A stretch of 42,364 nucleotides of DNA from an uncultured Spirochaetales bacterium. Lineage in GTDB: Bacteria > Spirochaetota > Spirochaetia > Treponematales > JBGSOB01. Below, one piece after another: positions 9,432-17,707 of the stretch (positions are counted from its first letter, which is position 1; each line of letters opens with the position of its first letter). Position numbers and translations under genes: made by a program. Where the stretch lies: contig CAZIEI010000009.1 in NCBI GenBank assembly GCA_964538705.1, positions 276 through 42,639 of the forward strand. The letters run 5' to 3'. Below the pieces are notes generated by a model. The model was not told the DNA's origin. It did not search any database and saw nothing but the letters and a program-made list of their open reading frames with translations.

Positions 9432-11018
9432 ATGAACATTTCAGGAGTGAGCATGGGATTGACGAGCAAGAGCCAATACATAAGAAATTTCATCAGTGGC
9501 ATTGGCGGAGCCGTCATATCTACGACATTAGGCTTGGTTTCCGCACCGCTCGCGTTATCGTATTGGAAAGAAGAGCGATATGGATTATGGGCCTTGATCT
9601 TATCCGTCCTGACTTACCTCCATGTTTCGAATTTCGGGATCGGGCAAGCCGCCGCCGTATTGATGGCGAAGAATTGCGATTTAAAAGATAAAAAAACCAT
9701 ATTACGGAAAAGTTTTTCATTGATGCTGATATCGATGGCGACTGTCGCGGTAATCGTGATAATTATTGCGACGTTCACGCCCCAGTGGATACGCTTGTTG
9801 GGGAAGATCCCCGTCGACCTGGAGTCGGAAGCGCGCACGACATGTATTTTTATTGTATTGTTTTATTTCCTTAATCTACCGTTTTCCTTAATGTCGAGTC
9901 TTCTCGTCGGAACACAGCGGGCATACATAGATAACGTTTTCCAAATAATGACGACAGTATGCAATTTCATAGGATTAGTCTCGGTGATCTTGTGCAAATT
10001 GACAATGCCATGGATGGCGATCTTGAATGGCTGCTTCATCTTGATCGTGAATTTGGTTAAAACAGCCGTTGCTTATTCCGGTTCGGAGAGAGGAGAGTTG
10101 TTAGGCGGTGCCAGTACTGTCGCCCCGTTGACTGGAGAAAACGAAGACGTGAAATATAAAAATATCCTTAGCGCGAGCCTTAGGTTCTTTTTAATATGGT
10201 TGGTGAATAATATATTATGGAATTCCGATAATTTCATCATATCCAACCTCATCGGCTTGAAGGAGGTCGCTTCTTATTCACTGACCTTCAAATTTTATAA
10301 TTTATTGTTTTCTTGCATATTTATTTTCAATAATTCGATGCAACCAATATTTTCCAAGGAATTCGGCGCTAATAACTGGACTTGGATAAGTAAAAGGTAT
10401 AGGAGTTTTACCGTATTGAGCGGCTTCCTCGGAGGGCTCGCCGCCATGGGCGGCATTCTCTTCGGTGAAGAATTCATCATGATATGGACGGGTAAAACCG
10501 GTTATGCGGGATTATTGGTACAGATTTTACTTGGGGCCTATTCATATTCGATATCGACTTCGCATTTTTGCCAACAAACGCTCGGAGCGTTCAATTATAC
10601 TAAATGGCTATGGAGCGTCATATTAGTCGAAGTCATAGTACGCGTAGCGTCGTCGGTGATTCTGGGAAGGATATTGGGACTAGGCGGGATCGCGGCCGGG
10701 ACCTTGTTGGGATCATTGGCGGGGCCTTTCTGGATGTATCCCTTCCTCGCAAAAAGAAGGAGCGAGGGCAGACTAAAAATCCACTGGAAAGGAAGCGCGT
10801 TGCATTTCTGCGCCGTTCTATTGCCGCTCATGGCGGTTTCGGTAATCATGAAGGTTCATGTGGACAACGGGATCGCGAATCTGCTGATCGGAATTGCTCT
10901 GACTCTGGCGTACCTAACGTTGTCTTGGATCATCTCGCCCAAAGAGGTTAAAAACGAAATATCGTTGGCGTTGCGAGAGATGGCAAAGAAACTAGCAGGA
11001 AATCGTCGATTGACTTAG
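9432..11018 (+). CDS. wzx: Polysaccharide flippase (Wzx / MOP superfamily), copy 2, AT-richer paralog of copy 1
   Basis: Colinear with copy 1 over the whole length, e.g. FISGIGGAVISTTLGLVSAPLALSYWKEERYGLWALILSVLTYLHVSNFGIGQAA versus FLSGFGGAVVSTGLGLVSAPLSLSYWGEERFGLWAILLSVLSYLSVSNFGIGQAA. It uses A/T-ending codons. Alternative start ATG 9453. Confidence 0.75.
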   Translation: MNISGVSMGLTSKSQYIRNFISGIGGAVISTTLGLVSAPLALSYWKEERYGLWALILSVLTYLHVSNFGIGQAAAVLMAKNCDLKDKKTILRKSFSLMLISMATVAVIVIIIATFTPQWIRLLGKIPVDLESEARTTCIFIVLFYFLNLPFSLMSSLLVGTQRAYIDNVFQIMTTVCNFIGLVSVILCKLTMPWMAILNGCFILIVNLVKTAVAYSGSERGELLGGASTVAPLTGENEDVKYKNILSASLRFFLIWLVNNILWNSDNFIISNLIGLKEVASYSLTFKFYNLLFSCIFIFNNSMQPIFSKEFGANNWTWISKRYRSFTVLSGFLGGLAAMGGILFGEEFIMIWTGKTGYAGLLVQILLGAYSYSISTSHFCQQTLGAFNYTKWLWSVILVEVIVRVASSVILGRILGLGGIAAGTLLGSLAGPFWMYPFLAKRRSEGRLKIHWKGSALHFCAVLLPLMAVSVIMKVHVDNGIANLLIGIALTLAYLTLSWIISPKEVKNEISLALREMAKKLAGNRRLT

Positions 11019-11920
11019 AATAAAGCATCTGTGAATTCGGCCATGCTCCCTTCATACCGGATAAGCCTGATATTGGCATATCCCGTTGGCCCAGACATCT
11101 GATTGCCAACCGCGTATGAAATCACGAGATGGTCGCCTCTATCGATCATATCCATATCGCTTGTGTTTATATCCGTCTCCAGGTACTTTGGATCTAAGAC
11201 GATAAGGGGGGATTTTTCGAACTCGGTGAAATTTACGGTTCTCGACACTCGTTTTCTCCAATATCCTGGTGCGCTTTCTAGCCAAAAAATATAATAATAG
11301 CCCTCGAAATATCGGATACATGGACAGGCCGAGTACTCGTCGGGATTCAAGGCCGTTCCTGACATGCTCCACGTATCCAAATCAGATGAGAAAAGAAATC
11401 TTTCGGAGAAAGGAACTTCCCCCGGAGTCGCATACTCATATGCAAGGACGAATTCCTCGGTAGTTGGATTGTAGGTTACGCTGGTATTAAAGAGTTTAAT
11501 CGATGAATCGGCTGTAAAGATGGTGGTTTTCGACGTCCAGTTAATGAGGTCTTCGCTCGATATCATAGAAATCGAATTGCCCGGACTAGCCCAATCCGAG
11601 GTACCGAATACATAGCATCGCCCGTTGAATATGATGCTGGAGCATAAGCCCATGTCATCAACCGCGACTGTCCTGATTTCCTGCAGCGCGGATTCGTCCT
11701 CGGATAGGCGAAAAATTGTAAAGCCGCTCCCATGAGTGTCCTGCCGCGAATATGAAAATAAATAAACCTCGCCGTTGAAATCCAGCAATGAATTTTCCAT
11801 CGCGTTGTAGAGGGTTACCGGAAGCCTCGTGTACGAGATGTCCGGAGATGCTGTTTCGGACAACCCGCAACCCGAAAATGCGAGGATGGAGAATATAAAA
11901 ACGATATGCGTTTTCGTCAT
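11015..11920 (-). CDS. Lipoprotein of unknown function, possibly a beta-propeller glycoside-hydrolase-like fold
   Basis: Signal peptide plus lipobox MTKTHIVFIFSILAFSGC. Strong SD GAAGGAGGTGAAATC directly upstream. The body is beta-rich and aromatic-rich (..GRCYVFGTSDW.., ..YYYIFWLES..); the fold call is a weak guess. Low GC. Its stop overlaps the stop of wzx copy 2 by 4 nt (convergent). Confidence 0.65.
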   Translation of the reverse strand: MTKTHIVFIFSILAFSGCGLSETASPDISYTRLPVTLYNAMENSLLDFNGEVYLFSYSRQDTHGSGFTIFRLSEDESALQEIRTVAVDDMGLCSSIIFNGRCYVFGTSDWASPGNSISMISSEDLINWTSKTTIFTADSSIKLFNTSVTYNPTTEEFVLAYEYATPGEVPFSERFLFSSDLDTWSMSGTALNPDEYSACPCIRYFEGYYYIFWLESAPGYWRKRVSRTVNFTEFEKSPLIVLDPKYLETDINTSDMDMIDRGDHLVISYAVGNQMSGPTGYANIRLIRYEGSMAEFTDALF

Positions 11921-11984
11921 GATTTCACCTCCTTCAGGAACCGCGGTAGATACAACATGATAACTGCCCGTGACTCGGGCTTTA

Positions 11985-12875
11985 TCACGTCTGGCTGATG
12001 AAATAATTCTTCAGGGTCTGGCGTCTCGCTTCTACTGATGGGAGTAGCCGGATGGTGTCATCGCAATAGAGTTCGTGTCCGGGGAATATGGATTTTTTCT
12101 CCCTTATGCACTTTGCGATGTATTCCTCGCTATCATGGCCTTTGTGCTCTACTTCGTGTGCGTACGCGAGGAGCTTTTTCCTGGCGGACGCGGCGTCGCC
12201 CAGCCAGGAGTGGTGGAAGCCGAGGAAGTCGTCGATGCAGTGGACATCGTTCAGAAGCCAGCCGCGCTCGCCGCGCTTCCTGAGTTCGTCGATGGGCATC
12301 CCGAGGGTATTAAAGCGCTTCCCGGTCATCATGAAGAGGCGGTAACTGTAATCGGGCGCGCCCGCCCAGTTCTTGGAGAAAAGGTTGAAATAGAACAGGG
12401 TGAGCCTCAGTTTGCAAGTGACGATGCCCCGCTTCCTTGTCTCTTGGATCATCTCCTGAACGCGCCGGGGGTCGAGGATCTCGTCGATGTCGGAAACGAC
12501 GACGATATCGTCATCGTTCGGCTTTATAAACGAGGAAGCGGCATTCCGCTGGACAGCGTCATTATGCCACGGCGGTGTAGTAAGGGTCGTCCGGACATAT
12601 TCGTTCCTCGAGAGCCTGTTGCGGGCTAGGAGGACCTTGCCGAAAAAATCGTTCCGGACGAACGCCTTCCCCGCGTCCATGGGATGATAGCGGACGATGG
12701 ATCGCGATGCGAGCGTTTCATCGAAGCAATAATCCTTCTGCGTTCCTTTAAATGTCATGTTTGCTTCGGTTATGTGCAATTCGTCTATCCAGGATGCGGC
12801 CTCGTTGATCGCTATCATGGCGATGACGTTCTCGTCGAAGAAGAGGGTGTTATAAAAAATTCTATCGGCCTTCAT
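11985..12875 (-). CDS. GT17-like glycosyltransferase (beta-1,4-mannosyl-glycoprotein GlcNAc-transferase / GnT-III family homolog)
   Basis: The N-terminus FFDENVIAMIAINEAASWIDELHITEANMTFKG and the later PWHNDAVQRN...DDDIVVVSDIDEILDP follow the GT17 pattern as I recall it: F.nE.d.L..R..el...VD.FvivE...TF.G, then W..E..QRn...D.i.isD.DEIp. Confidence 0.55.
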   Translation of the reverse strand: MKADRIFYNTLFFDENVIAMIAINEAASWIDELHITEANMTFKGTQKDYCFDETLASRSIVRYHPMDAGKAFVRNDFFGKVLLARNRLSRNEYVRTTLTTPPWHNDAVQRNAASSFIKPNDDDIVVVSDIDEILDPRRVQEMIQETRKRGIVTCKLRLTLFYFNLFSKNWAGAPDYSYRLFMMTGKRFNTLGMPIDELRKRGERGWLLNDVHCIDDFLGFHHSWLGDAASARKKLLAYAHEVEHKGHDSEEYIAKCIREKKSIFPGHELYCDDTIRLLPSVEARRQTLKNYFISQT

Positions 12876-13012
12876 TAACCTTCATCCATGGTTCGGAAGC
12901 GAAATGGATTCCTGGAGACATGCTCGGGCTCCCTTCCTTTTCAGGAACGGTCGTATGGAAATCGGAGCTCGACGATAGTCGATCCCTCGACTTCAAAGCC
13001 CGAGGCCGATTG

Positions 13013-13026
13013 ACCGGCGCGCCGGT
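13013..13026. repeat. Perfect 14-nt GC palindrome ACCGGCGCGCCGGT followed by TTT on the + strand
   Basis: Read directly; it lies in the 420-nt non-coding region between the divergent GT17-like gene and the GT2 operon. Confidence 0.9.
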
Positions 13027-13100
13027 TTCGGTCGCAACGCCATTATAGCTAAGTGCAGGTAGGAAATCAATCGCGGAGTCGCGAGCTCGACCCGCTACGA

Positions 13101-13184
13101 GGATTGGATAACGAAACGCCGATTTGATCCGTGGATTCGGACCTGGACACCTAAAAGGCCGATCTCGAGGGTGGGGATTGGATA
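13101..13184 (+). repeat. 10-nt direct repeat GGATTGGATA (13101-13110 and 13175-13184), with a related GTGGATTCGG at 13131-13140
   Basis: Read directly; start-to-start spacing is 74 nt, upstream of the GT2 operon start. Candidate regulator binding sites; function unknown. Confidence 0.6.
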
Positions 13185-13295
13185 TCCGGGCTGCTCAACG
13201 TCCTCGGCGGCGAACGCCGTTTATTGATGCTTTCGATGATCTACGATACATTATACGCAAGCTATCCGAAGCAGGAACAGGTGCCCGAGGATCCG

Positions 13296-14276
13296 ATGGA
13301 AGACATATCCGTATGCGTACCCGTCTACAACTGCGCGCCCTTCATCGAGGCGACTCTCGAATCTATCCTGGCCCAGGACCGGCGGGGTTTCCGCGTCCTC
13401 GTGCAGGACAACGCGTCCACTGACGGGACGGCGGATATCGTTCGGGGAATGGCGGCCCGCGACGGCAGGATCGAGCTCCGCGTGAATCCAACGAACCTCG
13501 GGTATTGCGCGAATATCCGGACTGTCGTGGAACGGGCGGATACTGACGTAGTAGCGGTGTTTCACGGAGACGATCTCTATCTACCGGGGCTACTCGACGC
13601 CGAATACCGCGCGTTGAAGGAGAGCGGATCGGCGGCGGCGTTTTCCTCATACCGGCAGTTTTTCGGCAATCCCGGGAAGACGGCGGCCTATCCGGTCGGG
13701 CCCGATTTCGGCCCGGGCGCCGCTTGGTACGCAGCGGGGCTCGATGGTTATCTGCCGGTACTGATGTCCTGCGGCAATCCCTTCGCCTGCCCCACGCTCC
13801 TCACGTACAGGAGCATCCTCCTCGGGCTCGGTTCGTTCACGGACCGATATCCCTCGAACGAGGATCTCGACCTCTGGATCAAGTACCTCAAGGCCGGACA
13901 TAAGCTCGCCATCGTCAAGGACCGTCTATTCCTCTATCGGAGGAGCGCGGGCCAGGGATCCGCGTATTGGGACCGCCGCGACGAGCTGCCCGTCTATTTC
14001 GACCTCCTGGACCGGGAGGTCGTGCCCGGATCCGACGTGGACCCCGGCCTCATGGAAGGTTACCGTAGGCTAAAGGCGAAAGCGTTCCTGACGGCCGCCC
14101 TGAACGCGCGGAGGGCGGGGAAACGCGAAAAGGCCGCGGCTTTCATGGAGGCGTCGAGGGAACTCCGCAGGATGAGGCCGACGGACGGCGCCTGGTTCAT
14201 TTTCCAGAACTCCTTGGGCGCCTTCGCCGCCTATAAACGGCTCAAAGATCTAGCGAAGAGGCTGATGGCGCGATGA
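13296..14276 (+). CDS. GT2-family glycosyltransferase
   Basis: Motifs ISVCVPVYNCAPFIEATLESILAQ, QDNASTDGT and HGDDLY (DxD). Start placed at ATG 13296 (MEDISV..), preceded by GAGGA; the track ORF begins at TTG 13224 / ATG 13227 with no SD. Confidence 0.8.
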   Translation: MEDISVCVPVYNCAPFIEATLESILAQDRRGFRVLVQDNASTDGTADIVRGMAARDGRIELRVNPTNLGYCANIRTVVERADTDVVAVFHGDDLYLPGLLDAEYRALKESGSAAAFSSYRQFFGNPGKTAAYPVGPDFGPGAAWYAAGLDGYLPVLMSCGNPFACPTLLTYRSILLGLGSFTDRYPSNEDLDLWIKYLKAGHKLAIVKDRLFLYRRSAGQGSAYWDRRDELPVYFDLLDREVVPGSDVDPGLMEGYRRLKAKAFLTAALNARRAGKREKAAAFMEASRELRRMRPTDGAWFIFQNSLGAFAAYKRLKDLAKRLMAR

Positions 14277-15367
14277 GGATCCTCTACCTGACGACAGGGC
14301 TGTCTCTCGGCGGAGCGGAACGACAGCTCGCGCTCATGTCCGGCATCATGGCTGGGCGCGGGCACGAGGTGAGGGTCGTGAGCATGCTGCCCGCGCCGCG
14401 GGAGGGCGGCGTCGCGCTCGATCAGCGGATCGGCGCGTCGGATCTCGGGATGCGGAAGGGACGGCCGGGGATCGAGGCGATATTCAGGCTCGCAGGCGCC
14501 ATCGGCGAATTTCGCCCCGACGTGGTCCATTCCCACATGATTCACGCGAACATGCTCGCTTGCGCGACTCGTTCGGTATGTCGGATGAAACGTCTTGTCT
14601 GTACGGCGCATAGCGATTCCGAGACTTCCAGCCGATTAATGCTCTGGGCGTACAAGCGCCTCTCCAGGCGCTGCGACATCTTTACCCACGTGAGCCGAGC
14701 GGCCGCCGAGCGGTATGCCGGTTTGGGCATCCGCGGACCCGATGGTATCGTCCCCGTCCATAACGGGATCGAGTGGGAACGTTTCGCCTCCCCCGGGAGC
14801 GTTGATCGAAAGGCGGTCCGGAAGGAGTTCGGCATCCCCGACGACGCGTACGTGTTCGCGTTCGTCGGCAGGCTCGAACCCATCAAGGGGCCGGATATCG
14901 CCATCGAGGCGTTCCGTTCGCTCACCGGGGCCCGTCCGGGCGTTCACCTCCTCATGGTCGGCGACGGCTCCCTGGGGGCTTCCCTTAGGGGAGGCGTCTC
15001 CGATCCGAGAGTCCTCTGGGCCGGATCGACCGATCGCCCTGAACGGTATCTCCGCGCGGCCGATTGCCTCGTCATGCCGTCGCGGCACGAGGGTTTCGGT
15101 CTGTCCATCGTCGAGGCCATGGCGGTCGGGTTGAGCATCGTCGCGACCGATTGCGCGGGCCCGCGGGAAATACTCATGGACGGGCGGTACGGGCGCATCG
15201 TTCCCAGGGAGGCCCCGGCGGCCCTGGCGAGAGCAATGGCGGAATGCGTCAAGGAAGGGCGCTTGTCCCCGGAGCCGGGTCGAGAATATAGTAGAGGACG
15301 CTTCGACGCCGATCGGATCGCCGATGAATGGCTGAAGATCTATGGAAACCAGCGGGAGGGCTCGTGA
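14273..15367 (+). CDS. GT4-family (GT-B, Glycos_transf_1) glycosyltransferase
   Basis: N-terminus MRILYLTTGLSLGGAERQL and EX7E region EGFGLSIVEAMAVGLSIVATDCAGPREIL. ATGA overlap with the upstream gene. Confidence 0.85.
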   Translation: MRILYLTTGLSLGGAERQLALMSGIMAGRGHEVRVVSMLPAPREGGVALDQRIGASDLGMRKGRPGIEAIFRLAGAIGEFRPDVVHSHMIHANMLACATRSVCRMKRLVCTAHSDSETSSRLMLWAYKRLSRRCDIFTHVSRAAAERYAGLGIRGPDGIVPVHNGIEWERFASPGSVDRKAVRKEFGIPDDAYVFAFVGRLEPIKGPDIAIEAFRSLTGARPGVHLLMVGDGSLGASLRGGVSDPRVLWAGSTDRPERYLRAADCLVMPSRHEGFGLSIVEAMAVGLSIVATDCAGPREILMDGRYGRIVPREAPAALARAMAECVKEGRLSPEPGREYSRGRFDADRIADEWLKIYGNQREGS

Positions 15368-16659
15368 GCAAGAAGGAACTCTCATACGGAGGGATTTCCG
15401 TCATATTCGGCCTGAGTTACATCCTTTACCTGTTCGGGAATCCTATCGCACCGATGGCGTTCCTGACCGCCGCGAGCTTCTTGCTCTTATGGCTCCGAGG
15501 GCGCGGTTTGGATCAACGTAATTCCTTGATCCATCTCATGCTCTGGTCGATTCCGGCCTCTTTCAAGAACGTCCTGGGAGGGTCGTACGGGGAGCTGCCC
15601 ATTTCATGGTTCAATATCTGTTTTCTCGTCTTTTTAACGATCTGCGCAGTGTCATCGTTGAGGAACGGGGCTACCTTCGATAAACGCTTGATCGTCGCGG
15701 TCATGCTGGCGGCTTTCGTATCGATCACAATGTTCATATCCACCATCCTTTCGAGATTCGTGATGGATGGAATGAAGGATTACTTGAATGTCTTGATTTT
15801 CCTTGTGATCGCCGTGGTGGGTTTTGCATGGGATATCGATAGGGAGGAGTTCCGGCGATCCTGGATCGCATCAGCATGCGTCGCCTCGACTACGTTATTC
15901 GCGCAAATCCTTTGGTATAAGTTGACCGGGCGATCGGTCGGGTATATGACGGCGTTCTTTGAAAGAACCGCATACGCTTCAATTTTTACCGATTTTAGCT
16001 TTCTCTCGTTGTATTTCGCCGGAGCGGCCACCATGGCGCTATTCGCGGGAAGGTTGTGGGGCCTGGGAGCGGCAGGGTTGCTTCTTGCCGCATCGGCGTT
16101 GACTACCGCGAGGACGGGGTTATTCTCGTTTTTAGGCATCGTTCTCGTCATAATGCTCGGTAACACGATAAAAACCAGAAAAACGGCGAGCCTACTTGCA
16201 TTCGGAGTGGCGATTTCCGGAGCCGCGATCGCGATCATTTGGATCGCGCGATCGCGCGGAACGCAATCGCTATTCGCCGACAACGGACGCTTCGCGACAT
16301 ATAGAAGCGGGATACAGAATTTCATACATTACCCGCTATTCGGGACGGGCCTGGGAATCACCAATTACGGGTCATCACTGTATACACAAAGCGAATTCCC
16401 CCACTTCACGCTCCTGCAGCTCCTGGCCCAGACCGGCATCACCGGGACTGCGCCCTTCGTCGCGCTCATAATCGTGCTTATCCGAAAGGCTTGGCGTCAG
16501 AAGGATCTCCTGCCGGAATTGGCAACCATCCTGTGTTTCGTCGCGGGTTCGTTCTTCATCCCCGATATCATGAACTCGCGATTCTTCCCCTTAGCATTCA
16601 TCGGGCTCGGCGCTCCATGGAATTACAATGAGAATACTCCAGATCATAACCCTGTCTGA
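15364..16659 (+). CDS. O-antigen polymerase / ligase-family membrane protein (Wzy-like)
   Basis: About 10-12 TM segments with a larger loop before the last helices; located between GTs in a locus with Wzx and a PCP; lower GC, typical of wzy. Start set at GTG 15364 (GTGA overlap; strong SD GGGAGGG at 15354-15360). The track's ATG at 15328 has no SD. Confidence 0.65.
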   Translation: MSKKELSYGGISVIFGLSYILYLFGNPIAPMAFLTAASFLLLWLRGRGLDQRNSLIHLMLWSIPASFKNVLGGSYGELPISWFNICFLVFLTICAVSSLRNGATFDKRLIVAVMLAAFVSITMFISTILSRFVMDGMKDYLNVLIFLVIAVVGFAWDIDREEFRRSWIASACVASTTLFAQILWYKLTGRSVGYMTAFFERTAYASIFTDFSFLSLYFAGAATMALFAGRLWGLGAAGLLLAASALTTARTGLFSFLGIVLVIMLGNTIKTRKTASLLAFGVAISGAAIAIIWIARSRGTQSLFADNGRFATYRSGIQNFIHYPLFGTGLGITNYGSSLYTQSEFPHFTLLQLLAQTGITGTAPFVALIIVLIRKAWRQKDLLPELATILCFVAGSFFIPDIMNSRFFPLAFIGLGAPWNYNENTPDHNPV

Positions 16660-17707
16660 GCTCGGCGGCGCCCAGACCGTCGTCTCGAGCCTCTCGAACG
16701 CGCTGGTCAAGCTCGGTCATCGGGTGACGGTCATGTCGGATGTCGGCGGCAGGATGTGGACTGCACTCGACCAACGGGTAGACCGAGTTCCTTGCGCGGA
16801 TTTCAAGAGGGAGGTGGATCCCGTCCATGATTTCCGGGCGTTGCGCGCTATCAGGGAGATCATCAAGGCCGAAACGCCGGATATCATCCATTTACACTCC
16901 TCAAAGGCTGGCGCGCTGGGACGGCTCGCGCTCATCCCTCATGGGAGCCGGATTGTCTATACGGTCCATGGATTCGATAGTATTCTAAAGGCGAACAAGA
17001 AATTCCTATTTATCGAAAAAATCCTGAGGACAATGGCCGGGAAGATCGTGCCGGTGAGCGCGTACGACCAGAGAAATATGGCTGCACAGGGATTCAAGAA
17101 TACTATCGTCGTGGAAAACGCTTCGCTCGACATGGGTGGATCGAGGAGGCGGGACGTCGAGCTCGAGAGCATAAGGCGGCGATTCGCGTTCATCGTAATG
17201 TGTGTCGCGAGAGTCGGTCCTCAGAAAAGGGACGATTTATTCAAGGGGATCGCTTCGGCTCTCGCGCGCGAGGGGGCGGGTTTCGTATGGATTGGGAACA
17301 AGCTCCCGGTCGATGACGCCCCTCCCAATTGCTTTTTCCTTGGGGAAAGAGATAACGCCGGTGAATTGATACATTACGCGGACGCGTTCCTGTTACCGAG
17401 CAATTACGAGGGGTTGCCCATATCCATCCTCGAGGCACTCTCGTGCAGCGTTCCCGTAGTCGCGTCCTCGGTCGGAGCCATCCCGGATATCCTGGATGGA
17501 TGTAATGGGTTCGCTTGCGAAAATGCCATCAATGCATTCGCGGATCGCTTGGCGATGCTGATGAAGGATGATGCGTCGAGGGGGAAAATCAGATTGGCCG
17601 CCCGAACGACATGGGAGCGGCGTTTCGCTCTGGATTCCATGGTAGACGGGTATTTGAAAGTATATGAATCGGCGATCAAAGGAGAGGCGAGCCATGACGC
17701 AAAATGA
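16628..17707 (+). CDS. GT4-family (GT-B) glycosyltransferase
   Basis: N-terminus MRILQIITLSELGGAQTVV and EX7E region EGLPISILEALSCSVPVVASSVGAIPDIL. Overlaps the upstream gene by 32 nt. Confidence 0.85.
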   Translation: MRILQIITLSELGGAQTVVSSLSNALVKLGHRVTVMSDVGGRMWTALDQRVDRVPCADFKREVDPVHDFRALRAIREIIKAETPDIIHLHSSKAGALGRLALIPHGSRIVYTVHGFDSILKANKKFLFIEKILRTMAGKIVPVSAYDQRNMAAQGFKNTIVVENASLDMGGSRRRDVELESIRRRFAFIVMCVARVGPQKRDDLFKGIASALAREGAGFVWIGNKLPVDDAPPNCFFLGERDNAGELIHYADAFLLPSNYEGLPISILEALSCSVPVVASSVGAIPDILDGCNGFACENAINAFADRLAMLMKDDASRGKIRLAARTTWERRFALDSMVDGYLKVYESAIKGEASHDAK

